DNA from: Acidiferrobacterales bacterium
Lineage (GTDB): Bacteria; Pseudomonadota; Gammaproteobacteria; Arenicellales; JAJDZL01
DNA: 64,000 nucleotides
Direction: 5' to 3'
Assembly: GCA_028820695.1 (NCBI GenBank)
Contig: JAPPIB010000050.1
Coordinates: forward strand, 217,146 to 281,145
This document shows, piece after piece, positions 51,191 to 61,475 of this stretch; the stretch's first letter is position 1, and each line of letters begins with the position of its first letter. The notes under the pieces were generated by a model. The model saw only the letters and a list, made by a program, of their open reading frames with translations. It was not told the DNA's origin and searched no databases. The position numbers were made by a program, and so were the translations under genes.

Positions 51191-52255
51191 CTAAAGTACA
51201 GCCTGCTGAAACGTAAACGCGACCTGCGCAATGCCAATGTAGATCCATATGGCGATTGAACCGATCAGCAACAACAAGACTGATGAAAGTGTTTTTGTAA
51301 ATGACTCGAGTCTTGCAAGGGATCGCTTGATGTCCTCTTCTGCAATCAGATTCGCGTTGACACTGAAGTCGCCAGTTCGCTCATAGACTCTCATGTCGTC
51401 CAGTGTGTCAGCCGAAAATAATCCTGTGTCAAGTGCTTTCTCAACCGGTTCGCCTCGATACAGTTGCGACCGCATTGTGCGAACGTGAAAAGCCAAATAA
51501 TCGGGAAGCCCGTTTTCCAACTTTCCAAGTGCACGAACGCGTTGCACACCGGCCTGCATGAGAGCAATCCATGCGGTCAGTATTTCGGGCCCCGTAAATC
51601 GTCTGTAGAGCACAAATGGTGGAAACCAATCAACTTTTTTTCGAACCTCGCCAGTCCATCGAGGTGCGGACCAAATTGACAGTGCGACAATCGCAGCGAA
51701 AGCGAATGCCAGCGGAAAACCCCAGACCGTAATGAATTGCGAAAAGTTCAGTACGCTCAGTGATACCGGTGGCCATGTCGCTGTATCTGTGATTTGCATC
51801 ATCACGTCCAACGCATGGCCTGGAAGCACGGCAATTGCACCACTGCTTACGATCAGCAGTACTGTCGGATAAGCCAATCCCGATATCAGAGTCGAACGCA
51901 GTTTCGAGCGAACTGTCGCCATACGGCTCGCTTGTTCAAACCCTTCTGCAATGCGTCCTTCCTGAGTAATTTCGATGACGATCAACTCCTCCTTAGGCAC
52001 CCAGCCGCTAGCGCCATCAGCGAAACCAGATGATCGCATTGCGATACACTGATGTTCGACAAACCGAGCCATGCTAGGACCGGCAGTCTTACTTTCACGC
52101 AGGAAGTCCATCGCTGTCTTGATCGGAACGCCAGCCCGACTGAGAGAGCAAATGCGCTGCCACAGTCGGGCTCTGGAAGAGGATGCCAACTTAAATCTAA
52201 CTCGATTGATTGATAGGAAAAGTGATTCAAGCATAGTTGGCTCTGGCAACATCAA
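51191..52255 (-). CDS. Type IVb pilus platform protein PilR-like (T2SSF)
   Basis: WVPKEE, LAYPTVLL, PRWTG..R...D.FPPF.LYRRF.G. Confidence 0.85.
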   Translation of the reverse strand: MMLPEPTMLESLFLSINRVRFKLASSSRARLWQRICSLSRAGVPIKTAMDFLRESKTAGPSMARFVEHQCIAMRSSGFADGASGWVPKEELIVIEITQEGRIAEGFEQASRMATVRSKLRSTLISGLAYPTVLLIVSSGAIAVLPGHALDVMMQITDTATWPPVSLSVLNFSQFITVWGFPLAFAFAAIVALSIWSAPRWTGEVRKKVDWFPPFVLYRRFTGPEILTAWIALMQAGVQRVRALGKLENGLPDYLAFHVRTMRSQLYRGEPVEKALDTGLFSADTLDDMRVYERTGDFSVNANLIAEEDIKRSLARLESFTKTLSSVLLLLIGSIAIWIYIGIAQVAFTFQQAVL

Positions 52256-53843
52256 GATGAGAAATTACAGAACCACGGTCTTTGGATTTCTCACTCAACA
52301 TTCCGATCCTCCACTCGACGTCAATTGGAGATGCGATTCCGCCGGATATCAGTCGAACACCATGCTCCGTAGCGGGACTTCCGTTGCGGTGTTCTATCCA
52401 ATATCGCTTTGCTTCGAGATACTTGCCCTCACTCAGCAATGCCAGCATGTCGTCGTCCGGCAGCGCGAATTCAGCTAACAGGGTTCGCCCAGAAGCTCCG
52501 CTACCATTGCATCTCGTGCAACCGTTTTCTGACTGATACGCCACTTGATGTGAATCCAGCCCTCGAGACCTTAAAACCGCTTCAATTCGTTCAACTGACA
52601 ATTTTCTTTTCGAGTAAGAGCTGGCGTGTTGATTCAGCCAGTCACTTGAGGGTAATTTGCAATGGTTGCACAGGGCAGGGGTAAGTGTCTGAAAAATCAT
52701 ACCTTTGAGAACATCTGGAGTGCACAGTAAAGAAGGGTCGACTCCGAGTCCGGTCATCCGGCTGATGATTCCAATTGCTGTTGAGGCATGCACCGTGGTG
52801 TAAACCCGGTGTCCGGACTGCGCAAACTTGATCGCAAGAATTGCCGATTGAAGATCGCGAATTTCACCTACCATCAGTGTGTCAGGGTCACAGCGAAGAG
52901 CTCCCCGAATTGCAAACGCGAATTCGTCTCCAACAGCTTTTCCTCGCTTTCTGACTACCGGAACCTGGGTGGCACCCGGAATCACTCGTTCTGGCGGATC
53001 CTCAACGGTAATGATTCGCAATTTTCCGTGATGCAGTGCCAGTTCTTCGTGAAGCATTCCAACAATGGATGTGCTTTTTCCACTACCGACTCCGCCAGCC
53101 ATGACGACAAGTCCGGAAGGGCGCCGAACCAGTGATTGAATAGCTTTTACCTGTTCTGGTTCGTAACCGAGTTGTGCGAGACGAAGTGTATCGCCGCTTC
53201 CTGGCAGTATCCGCAAAACCATGTCGTAGCCGTCGGGGGAGGCGGTAATTGTACCGACCCGCACTCGCACCCGACGGCCGCTGGGTAGAACTGTGTCGAC
53301 GACCGCATCCTGTGGCTCACTTCGATTCCATGTCACTTCCTGATCGTACCCCATGACTTCATAAATGAAGCGGCATGTCTGGTCTGCCATCTGTTCGCTC
53401 CACTCAGCGAATGGAGTGATGCGCCCATCAATCCGGAAGCTCAGCGATGCAGTTTTTCGTCTTCGGACTATGTGAATATCCGACGCATTTTCTTTTACTG
53501 CGCGGGCGAGCAGTACGCGAATCGAATCCAGGGCTCTTTCGTAGTCAATGTCTGCGGCAGTTGATCTGATACGATTGGTAGACTTGGCGTAGATTCTCTC
53601 TAGTTCGGCAGGTTCAACTTCAATCTGGTCAACGACTTGAATATTCCTTTTCTTCAAGTTCTCTCGCAACTGTGCTTTCAGGCGTGCCGGAAAATTCAGT
53701 GCCGTAAAAAATATGTATGCGGTCGTAGGCGGGTCATCTTCGGAAACCGCGACGAGGAAAGCCTGTTCCGATTCCTTGAGTTGAATCAGCGATTCCGGCC
53801 CGCCAGTAAGCACCAGTTGAAAATGAGGCAGCTTATCGGTCAT
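52227..53843 (-). CDS. Type IVb pilus assembly ATPase PilQ-like
   Basis: ASDIHI, GGVGSGKST, TVEDPPE, RCDPD..MVGEIRD, HRVYTTVHA, two CxxC. Confidence 0.92.
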   Translation of the reverse strand: MTDKLPHFQLVLTGGPESLIQLKESEQAFLVAVSEDDPPTTAYIFFTALNFPARLKAQLRENLKKRNIQVVDQIEVEPAELERIYAKSTNRIRSTAADIDYERALDSIRVLLARAVKENASDIHIVRRRKTASLSFRIDGRITPFAEWSEQMADQTCRFIYEVMGYDQEVTWNRSEPQDAVVDTVLPSGRRVRVRVGTITASPDGYDMVLRILPGSGDTLRLAQLGYEPEQVKAIQSLVRRPSGLVVMAGGVGSGKSTSIVGMLHEELALHHGKLRIITVEDPPERVIPGATQVPVVRKRGKAVGDEFAFAIRGALRCDPDTLMVGEIRDLQSAILAIKFAQSGHRVYTTVHASTAIGIISRMTGLGVDPSLLCTPDVLKGMIFQTLTPALCNHCKLPSSDWLNQHASSYSKRKLSVERIEAVLRSRGLDSHQVAYQSENGCTRCNGSGASGRTLLAEFALPDDDMLALLSEGKYLEAKRYWIEHRNGSPATEHGVRLISGGIASPIDVEWRIGMLSEKSKDRGSVISHLDVARANYA

Positions 53844-54354
53844 CTAGGTCACTATCATCTGTTGGGGTTGGATTGCGTCCGGTCAGACCGATCGAAAGTT
53901 CATGATCCGCAAATGTCAACGTCAGTCCTCTTGAATGGACTTTCTGTACTTTAGCCAGCCGGACCGAATCACCTTCCTGCAATCGGTAGTGTCTTTCCTC
54001 GATTCTTCCGAGAGCTGTTAGGTTTCCAGGGGATCCGACAATTGCATAAACTTCGAGGTGTTGATCAAACCAATTAATCCGATCAATTACGGAGTCAGAA
54101 ACCGAATTTGTCTCCGTTGCAGACGGTGCCAGTGTTTCTTGATTCGATAGCAATTCTGTAATCTGTGATGCGGTCTGGTGATAAGTGAGAGCATACTGCA
54201 GGATCTCGAGTTGATTTTGCAGACAGTCAATCAGTGCCACGGTGTGTGCGAGACCCCTGCATTGTGCGGGAATCTGATTGAGTTCGCCCGATTGCGCATT
54301 TCCATTGAAGAACAATACAAAGACGGCCGACATGAATCTAATTTTGCTTGCCAT
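53833..54354 (-). CDS. PilP-like type IVb pilus protein; start inferred from aggag RBS
   Basis: Signal peptide, VYAIVG..G.LTA and L.EGD..V..V motifs; position between PilO and PilQ. Confidence 0.65.
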   Translation of the reverse strand: MASKIRFMSAVFVLFFNGNAQSGELNQIPAQCRGLAHTVALIDCLQNQLEILQYALTYHQTASQITELLSNQETLAPSATETNSVSDSVIDRINWFDQHLEVYAIVGSPGNLTALGRIEERHYRLQEGDSVRLAKVQKVHSRGLTLTFADHELSIGLTGRNPTPTDDSDLDDR

Positions 54355-55567
54355 AGAATTCTCCTTGAATTTCCCAATTGAATTTACGATCGAGCGAATA
54401 ACTGATTCGGTTAATACGAAACGGCTGTCCGATGAATGCGTTTGCGACGAAGACTGCATCTGTGAGTTTTGAGGAAGAACCAGTCAGTTTCGATGTCTGA
54501 TACTTGTAGAGTTGCCCCATGGGTTTTGCCGGACTCAAGGTCCATTCACCCGGCAGTGTTGCTAATGTGTCTAGCAATTCATAACGTTGGTTTTCTTTAC
54601 CCAGCAGTAACTCGAGTGATGAATCACCAGATAGTTCCTGGGCCGGAAAGCTGAATCTTTCAGCAATATCGCCGGTTGATTCATTCAATTCGTAAGTTCT
54701 GTCGCCGAAGTAAGCAGTGATCGCCGCAAAGTAGCCGCGCTCCCTTCGCCAATTCACCGATACCTGGCCATCTCTCCAATCGTAACTGTGTCTGCGCCAG
54801 CCATTTACCCGGAGTGGTTGCTCCTTGACCATGTCAGTCATCGATGCAAGCAGTGCAGGGGCGTTCTGCATAAGTGTCTGCCGGACCGATTCTTTTTCGT
54901 CGTTCAACGCCTTAGCGTAATGCCGCTGTTTCGTCAGACTGTCAGCTTCGTCGTTGCGGATGATCTCCGATAGGTAGGGCCAAGAGGCAAGCCCGCCAAT
55001 CACCATCAACGAGCCAATAACTGCTGCGATAAGTTTCTTGTTGAGAATCTTTTGTTCCGCAGACAGGCAAATTGGAAGGTTGTCCGATGTGGATTCGGAA
55101 ACCAATTCAAGAAATCCAAGAGATTCGGAATTCGACAGGTCAAAATGTCCATGTTTATCATACAGTTGTATGTTGGTGCCGGCGATATCAGTCTTTATTT
55201 CCTCAAGTCGATTTGCGATCAGATCCTTGTTGCCAACAATATCTCCAGCTGGAAAAATCGCGCCATCTTCGACAGCGCACAACCAAAACTCATCGGTGGA
55301 CAGTTGTTCAATCAATACAGCCGATAGTCGGGAAGTCGCGAGCTTTGCCGCGGCGCTTTCACATCCGATATCCTCTGATTCCGTTACCGCGCCAATTTGC
55401 AAACCGGATGGCGTGTCAATGTGGACGTAACCGAAAGGTGTAGGTTTTATTGACTGCAGTTCCCTGAAAATCTTGTACTTGCTACTGCTAGGTGTCAATA
55501 CACTTGGTGCCAGCCAGGTAAGACCCACGGCATATTCCTTGTCGTCGAGAAAACGTTTGGTCATCAC
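54338..55567 (-). CDS. PilO2-like type IVb pilus protein
   Basis: YAVGLTW, SAAA.LA, FWLCAV.DG.I.PAGD, single TM. Confidence 0.75.
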   Translation of the reverse strand: MMTKRFLDDKEYAVGLTWLAPSVLTPSSSKYKIFRELQSIKPTPFGYVHIDTPSGLQIGAVTESEDIGCESAAAKLATSRLSAVLIEQLSTDEFWLCAVEDGAIFPAGDIVGNKDLIANRLEEIKTDIAGTNIQLYDKHGHFDLSNSESLGFLELVSESTSDNLPICLSAEQKILNKKLIAAVIGSLMVIGGLASWPYLSEIIRNDEADSLTKQRHYAKALNDEKESVRQTLMQNAPALLASMTDMVKEQPLRVNGWRRHSYDWRDGQVSVNWRRERGYFAAITAYFGDRTYELNESTGDIAERFSFPAQELSGDSSLELLLGKENQRYELLDTLATLPGEWTLSPAKPMGQLYKYQTSKLTGSSSKLTDAVFVANAFIGQPFRINRISYSLDRKFNWEIQGEFYGKQN

Positions 55568-57147
55568 CCCATACCCGTTGCGGTACCGCGTGCCAGCTCA
55601 TATGGCAAACGGATGATGTAGGGCGTGAGAATCAGAACTAGACTTGCCCGGCGGTTTTCTAAACTAGACTCTTTCATCAGGATTCCGCTCGAATCTCGGT
55701 TCGTCACTCTCGAGGTGTCAAGGCCTGCAACGAAAAGTGTTTCGCCCGATTGAAGCAGTACCGGCAATAAAACTGAACGAGACTCCAGGTCTGGAAGTTG
55801 GATCACGGGATCGTTCGGTCCGGCATTGACTGGAAACCTGCTGATTCCCTTGATCCGGGTGGTTCTGACAGTAATGTTCAGCATCAGTCGATCAGTGTTT
55901 GGCAGCACACGCGGCACCATATTCAACGCGATCCCGTCCTGAAGCTTTCCCGGAATGAGCCGTACTGATGTAAGTCCCTCATCATGAACGACGTCTCGTC
56001 TTTCCAGATAAGATGTCTCATCGCCGAAAAATACTGGCACTGGAAGGCCGTTGATTCCCTGAATCACCGTCGAAGTGAGTTTGGAAATTCGAGCATCATT
56101 CATCGCCTGACGAAAAGTCAGCCCAATGTCACTATGGTCAACCGCAGCGTCTTCTGAATGAGTCAATTTCAGTCCAAATATCGATCCCTTGTCGTCACTG
56201 CTAAATCGGACATGGGCAGCTGATTTACCCAACGCCTCCTTCATCATTCCCTGCAGGTTGAATCCGGCAATCGCGTCATCCGATCTTTCAATTTCGTAAA
56301 GATCGACATGAACCTGCACTTGTGTGGACAGCTCCTTATTTTTCGCAGATACCCATTCATCGACTCTATTCAGAGTCAGTGGGGTATCCACCACATTCAG
56401 TTCTCCTGACTGACGATTCAGCGAAAATGTTCCGAAACTGGAAAGGAATCCCTCGACTGTCGATTCCAGTTCATTCCAGAAATCTGCAGTATTCATTGAC
56501 ACGACTACCTGATCCTGGGCTTGCAGTGTCGAGCCGCCGACGCCACCCTGGACTGCGCCACTCAGACCGACAGATGCTTGCCATTGAGCGGTAACGTTGG
56601 GGGCGAAGATAGTCCAGCTTTCGGGTCTCGTATGGAAAATCTCTACGCGGCCGTCAATAAACTTCCAAAAAAGCCCGAACCGACCGGTTATGTGATTCAA
56701 CGCGGCGCTGGCAGGACCCTGCCAACTCAGATTTGAAACCACAACATCCTGTATGTCCGGAGCGACAGTGACCCCCACACTGGTTTCGGAACCGATCAGT
56801 TTACCGATCTCAGCGATCGTCACCGGTTCGACATAAGTCATTTCGATAACTTGATCAAGTTTTTCGGGTATCGGCTGTGGAATCGCACTGCTGCGGATGG
56901 GTATTCGATGTCCGATCCACGATTGCGACGTGGAAAACGTCAGCTCATCGGATTCGGTCGGGCTACCACTTTCGCGAGAATTATTGAGATTGATCTGAAT
57001 TTCCATTTCTTCCTGCTTGGCTCTATCCACTGTCTGTTGGGGTATTCGGCACCCCGCTAAGATCGCAAGCACCAGGATCATGGACACAACTTTTGGCAAC
57101 TCGCGATGAAGAGTCATATCATCGACTGCCTGGAGAGTTGGGTTCAA
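55564..57147 (-). CDS. Type IVb pilus secretin PilN-like lipoprotein
   Basis: Lipobox LAGC, LNVVDTP..L.RV..W, TSYL, IQLP, L.SGETL, LVLILTP. Confidence 0.88.
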   Translation of the reverse strand: MNPTLQAVDDMTLHRELPKVVSMILVLAILAGCRIPQQTVDRAKQEEMEIQINLNNSRESGSPTESDELTFSTSQSWIGHRIPIRSSAIPQPIPEKLDQVIEMTYVEPVTIAEIGKLIGSETSVGVTVAPDIQDVVVSNLSWQGPASAALNHITGRFGLFWKFIDGRVEIFHTRPESWTIFAPNVTAQWQASVGLSGAVQGGVGGSTLQAQDQVVVSMNTADFWNELESTVEGFLSSFGTFSLNRQSGELNVVDTPLTLNRVDEWVSAKNKELSTQVQVHVDLYEIERSDDAIAGFNLQGMMKEALGKSAAHVRFSSDDKGSIFGLKLTHSEDAAVDHSDIGLTFRQAMNDARISKLTSTVIQGINGLPVPVFFGDETSYLERRDVVHDEGLTSVRLIPGKLQDGIALNMVPRVLPNTDRLMLNITVRTTRIKGISRFPVNAGPNDPVIQLPDLESRSVLLPVLLQSGETLFVAGLDTSRVTNRDSSGILMKESSLENRRASLVLILTPYIIRLPYELARGTATGMG

Positions 57148-57907
57148 TCAGTAACACCGAGTTTCCCTCAAAGAAGGTGGCGGTCAAACCAAAAGGTGAG
57201 GTGCGATAATGTTCCAGAACCGCTTTTACCGCATCTTGCAGCGTACCCTGATACGCGGCTGAATACAGAATTTCGTAATCGTGATCGCTATTCCATTCAA
57301 GCGCCCAGTCAACTTCGAGTGCCCATCGGGCCAGGTTCTGGCGTAGAGTCAATGATGGGTTCAATGTCCATACCTGCTTTGTTGGTTTTTGGCTGGCACG
57401 TTGGTGCTTCGGTTCGGCCACATCATGATCGTAGACGGGAACCTCTGGATTCGGGTCCTGAGGTGGATCTTCAGGTATCACCTCCGTTTGGGGTAACGCA
57501 CCGGCGTACTGAAACCAGATGACTCTTTTTGTTTGGTCCTCAAGTAAATTCCATGAACTTCCAATCAATGTCTGAAGGGCTGTGCGAGTATCCACAGGGC
57601 CGATGCTTCTGTGTACCTGTGGCAACGTTAGCAGCAGCGCATCGCTGACCGCATCTGTGGGAACATGACGATACCCTGAACGCAACAGTACGTAATCGAT
57701 TGCCGAGCCTACGGTTGCAATCCGCGCCGGAAACGTGGTTTCCACAATCGTAGACAGCAGATCTTCCTCGTTACTTTCTGCTGTGTAGGCGTAAACGGTG
57801 TAGCGATTCGAATCACGATTGTCCGCAGCGTCAGCGACAGCTATACAGGTCAGCATCATCATGATGGGATATCGCTTCAGAATTTTGGTTGTCAGTTTCA
57901 CAATCAT
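57119..57907 (-). CDS. PilL-like protein (PilL N-domain plus TcpQ domain)
   Basis: RYT, TVGSA..YVL.RSGY, LP.VHR.IGP, then TLRQNLARWA...W.LEW..DY. Confidence 0.85.
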   Translation of the reverse strand: MIVKLTTKILKRYPIMMMLTCIAVADAADNRDSNRYTVYAYTAESNEEDLLSTIVETTFPARIATVGSAIDYVLLRSGYRHVPTDAVSDALLLTLPQVHRSIGPVDTRTALQTLIGSSWNLLEDQTKRVIWFQYAGALPQTEVIPEDPPQDPNPEVPVYDHDVAEPKHQRASQKPTKQVWTLNPSLTLRQNLARWALEVDWALEWNSDHDYEILYSAAYQGTLQDAVKAVLEHYRTSPFGLTATFFEGNSVLLIEPNSPGSR

Positions 57908-58094
57908 GAATATTCACGAACTCTCATCATGATCAAACAGAAAATCCAATTTTCGGATTGATGAATTATTCTGCGAACGTTGCGTTCGATTGACTGGGCC
58001 AAGTTAGCGGACCGGGTTGCAGATCAGAATCGTTGAGTTTGATCAAGCGCGGTTTTAGACGTCTGATCGAAAATCCAATAACGACTGCGAGAGG

Positions 58095-59012
58095 CTAGTG
58101 GGCGCAGCCTTCTCCCAGCAGAAAGTTTCTGGCTTTCCATGCTTGCGCACTGGAGTTGAAAATCGCTTTCGGATCGTTTTCCAGAACTTCAATCCACGAC
58201 AAGATATAGGAATCGTGACTGGGATCGCGCGGAATCCGAAACTCCGCACATAGAAAGGCTGAGCCAATTTCTGCGATCATCTCTTCAAACGCATATTCCG
58301 TGGTGCCGATCCGACTGCCATTGGTTATGCCGGGACGGCTCAGTCGGGTGGAATGCCCCGTCCAATGGGTGAGTTCATGCATCAGAGTGCTGTAGTAGTC
58401 AGACTTGTTTTCGAATGCGCATTTCGGAGGCATGCATATGAAGTCGCCTTTGGGTGTATACGAGGCTGAATCACTGGTATGGTGAACACTCACCTTGTTG
58501 GAGATAATCAGGTCTTCGGCTTCCTGATGCAGCTTCCATGCCGGTTTTTGGTCGTGGACCGGCGGGCCTTTTATCACCTTGTCGGGCAGCCCGGTGCATT
58601 GTTCGACGTTGAACAACGTAAACCCCCGGATGAGTTTGATGATGTTGGTTTTAGGGACGTCATCCTCGTCGACTGATTGGGTACCGTCGGATTCCTTTGG
58701 CGCAACCCTAATGTCACGATACAAGACAGCCGCAGTTCCCTTCTGACCTCGCTTGACTCTTCCTCCAGCCTTGCCAACCTGCTTAAAAGTCAGCCATCGA
58801 TCGCGCGTAAAACCGTGGGAAACAGCCGATGACCACAGAATGGCGACATTAATGCCAGAATATTTTCTCTCCGTTACGGCGTTGACTGGCCTGTCGCAGT
58901 ATTGGTCGATATCTGACCACGGTTTTTTCCACGGTGGCGCGCCGCGTTTCAGTGCTTCGAGAAATTGATTGGTAATTCGAAAATACAGATTGTTTACTTC
59001 GTTGGCAGCCAT
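58095..59012 (-). CDS. ardC: ArdC-family ssDNA-binding antirestriction protein (DUF1738 plus zincin-like domain); start inferred
   Basis: PPWKKPW, YSGIN, WLTFKQ....GG.V.RG.KG, FNVEQC, HELTHWTGH, YAFEE..AE.GSAFLC. Confidence 0.9.
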   Translation of the reverse strand: MAANEVNNLYFRITNQFLEALKRGAPPWKKPWSDIDQYCDRPVNAVTERKYSGINVAILWSSAVSHGFTRDRWLTFKQVGKAGGRVKRGQKGTAAVLYRDIRVAPKESDGTQSVDEDDVPKTNIIKLIRGFTLFNVEQCTGLPDKVIKGPPVHDQKPAWKLHQEAEDLIISNKVSVHHTSDSASYTPKGDFICMPPKCAFENKSDYYSTLMHELTHWTGHSTRLSRPGITNGSRIGTTEYAFEEMIAEIGSAFLCAEFRIPRDPSHDSYILSWIEVLENDPKAIFNSSAQAWKARNFLLGEGCAH

Positions 59013-59475
59013 TGTTTCAATATGTTGTGAAAATTGGAACAAGTTAGCAGGACGAAAACGCGGATCCTGCAAAAAAGAGAAACCCGGTCAGCTAGTTTTA
59101 TTGATCCTGATTGGGGTCTTGGTTCGTATAAGACTGTTGGAGAGGAACACCTCTGAATTCCCACAATGCGAGTGGTTGCGCGGTGTCCGATTTTCATGAG
59201 ATGCAGCTTTCGCCTGTCATCAGTTTTGGTCTTCCTGAGAGCAGGTTTCCAGTCAGCTTAAGGCCGGCATCTGATCTTGAAACGAAAATCTGCGGTCTTT
59301 CACTTCATTGCGATTGATGTGGATGCACAGGCACCTGTGGGTTGTATGGGTATCTGGTTGATCCTGCTCATAGCTGTCGTCCTGAGAATCATCGCAAACA
59401 TCGGTTGCGTCCGCCCGCAATTATTCAAACCCAGCTGGTTAGCATGAGCAGAGACTTTACCGAGCGAATTCGGAC

Positions 59476-60798
59476 CTATTTGGTTGTTTCGCGCGAGTCC
59501 CTGATGTGGTGATCGATCCTGCGCCGGTATCTTTCGCGAGCATCCGCAACTGCTCGTTGTTTTTCCTTCTGACCTCGCCGCTTTTCAATAACAGCTTCTG
59601 CATGCTCGACTTGGAAATGACCGTCAGACTTGAGTCCCATTCCTTTGGTCAGCAATTTTTGGCAGTATGTAGACATCAGTGACACTGGATTCCAGACCGA
59701 ATCACACTTGCTGTTGATGCCCATTTCAATTCTGCCGGCCAGTTCATCCAGGAGCAGTTGTCTCCAGTCGTTCCAAGGTTTGGGAGGTACTGGTAAAGAA
59801 TCCGGCAATCGTTGAAGATGCAACTCAATCAGGTGTTTTTGATTGTTACTGAGTGAACTGGGGTAAATCAGTTCACACGAACCGGAGTTTTCATCCTGTG
59901 AACTGGACAAGTCTTCTTTGATCATCTCTTGGTGATCGTAGTGATAGTTATATCTATTTGATTTAATACCACTACTACTATTACATACCTTTTGTTTTCC
60001 GTGGTTCACAGCGTGAACCACGGGTTCACGGGAGCTGTAGTCTATTGAGTGAACTGCGGGTTCGCACACACCGTGGTCTATTGGGTGAACTGCGGTAGTG
60101 TGAACTTTACCGCCAGCATCGCCTGATGTGGATTCCTGCTCAAAACGAGGATGTGTGAACATGTTCGGACGGCCTTGGGAAGTTGAGTTGTTTTCTCCCC
60201 CGAAATGAGCCCAGGCATCTGAGCGTCGATCAAACGGATGGCTGTCCGCAAATAATTTGTCACTGTGCTCCATACTGCAGCGAATGGAGTTGATGATCAG
60301 TTCCGAAATCTTTCTGACATCGGAATTTCGATGGTTCCGGCTGTCCTGTAGAAACTGCATGTAGTTCGAATCCAACTTGAAGGTGTCGCTGAATCCCAAC
60401 GGCTCACCATGGATCAGGTAAATATTTCCGTCTTTGGAGATCTGGCCAACTTCATTGCGAACTTTTTCGCGACAAATCAGAGTCAGCCAACGTGTGGCTC
60501 TCAGTTTTGTAATCGAACTGGCAACTGTACCCCTGGAAATGTGAAGAGATGATTGAATCTGATCGTAACTGGGAAAAGTAACCATGGACATGTCCGGTGA
60601 GCAGTATGATCTGATCGACATCCACACCAGCTTGTCGTAAGGATTCAATACGGGGTCGAATATCAGCAATCGGGGATGGGAGTCGTACCAGTTGTCGGTG
60701 AATACCATCCCCGAGGCTGAGCGGTCGTTCTGCCTGAAAATTTTGATTGCCTGATGAATTCCACGGAATTCATGATCATGGTCAATGGGTCGGCTCAT
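59476..60798 (-). CDS. STY4528-family ICE replication protein (wHTH)
   Basis: PRLL..D..L.P.DK..W, FPSYDQ, LRATRWLT, GNIYLIH.EP, D..YM.F, LLDELAGR, NP...Y. Confidence 0.82.
   Translation of the reverse strand: MSRPIDHDHEFRGIHQAIKIFRQNDRSASGMVFTDNWYDSHPRLLIFDPVLNPYDKLVWMSIRSYCSPDMSMVTFPSYDQIQSSLHISRGTVASSITKLRATRWLTLICREKVRNEVGQISKDGNIYLIHGEPLGFSDTFKLDSNYMQFLQDSRNHRNSDVRKISELIINSIRCSMEHSDKLFADSHPFDRRSDAWAHFGGENNSTSQGRPNMFTHPRFEQESTSGDAGGKVHTTAVHPIDHGVCEPAVHSIDYSSREPVVHAVNHGKQKVCNSSSGIKSNRYNYHYDHQEMIKEDLSSSQDENSGSCELIYPSSLSNNQKHLIELHLQRLPDSLPVPPKPWNDWRQLLLDELAGRIEMGINSKCDSVWNPVSLMSTYCQKLLTKGMGLKSDGHFQVEHAEAVIEKRRGQKEKQRAVADARERYRRRIDHHIRDSRETTK
59853..60160. repeat. Intragenic iteron-like cluster (GTGAAC x10; three 36-bp units) flanking an AT-rich tract; candidate oriV
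   Basis: GTGAAC at 59853, 59898, 60013, 60049, 60085, 60100, 60155; GTTCAC at 59871, 60004, 60024; AT-rich 59941-60000. Confidence 0.7.
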
Positions 60799-60854
60799 GA
60801 TTGTTCTCGTTCGGTATTGAAAATTCTGTAGTCATGACAGCATAAGGAAACCAG

Positions 60855-61475
60855 TCAGCGAACCTTGTGGCGCGCCGATGATTGGCGGGAGGTGATTGGG
60901 CCTCGGTTGACTTTCAATGCCCCTTCATCTTCCCAGCGATGAAAGAGATTCCAGATCACGCGCAACGAAACTTTCCTGTCCATCGACTCATACAGATCAA
61001 GAAACTGTTTCGGACCGAATGAGTCAGATTTTTCGGTGATGGCTGTCAGTTGCTGCCAGACGAGTTGGGTAGTGCTATCTGATGGGATGGGAGGTCTTCC
61101 GACCGGAGAGCCCAGTAAACCCGCCTGCCGTCGTTTGAGCGCATATTGCTTGCTTCCAATCCCTGTCAGTGCATTCATGAGAGGCAAGGGAGCGTCGAAT
61201 GCAATCAGTTGGTTGATGACTGCTTCTTTAAGGTTTTCCTGGTCGACATAATCGATCATTCTCCAATAGACATCCTGATTGAGTACGATTTTCATGAAGT
61301 GTGATTTGGTGGATGCAAGGCGAATCTGATCGCCGGATGACAGGGCATTCAGCGCTCTCATCTCGCGTGGCCCGAATCCCATCTCTTTCAGTGCATGAAA
61401 ATCCCCTTCCTCCTGGCATCGCAGACAGTAGATGATGATCGAGTGCATTAGTTCAGTTTCTTTTCTTATAGTCAT
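60855..61475 (-). CDS. DUF2857-family protein (BisC-like); start inferred from aaggag RBS
   Basis: GDF.AL..MGF, LI...AP..LM..L.G, RR..G....GRPP, SL.VIW; position after ParB-like gene. Confidence 0.8.
   Translation of the reverse strand: MTIRKETELMHSIIIYCLRCQEEGDFHALKEMGFGPREMRALNALSSGDQIRLASTKSHFMKIVLNQDVYWRMIDYVDQENLKEAVINQLIAFDAPLPLMNALTGIGSKQYALKRRQAGLLGSPVGRPPIPSDSTTQLVWQQLTAITEKSDSFGPKQFLDLYESMDRKVSLRVIWNLFHRWEDEGALKVNRGPITSRQSSARHKVR

Noticed and set aside
60004..60111. CRISPR array suggested by 36-bp periodicity
   Set aside because: The units are tandem without unique spacers, lie in-frame inside a CDS, and no cas genes are present.
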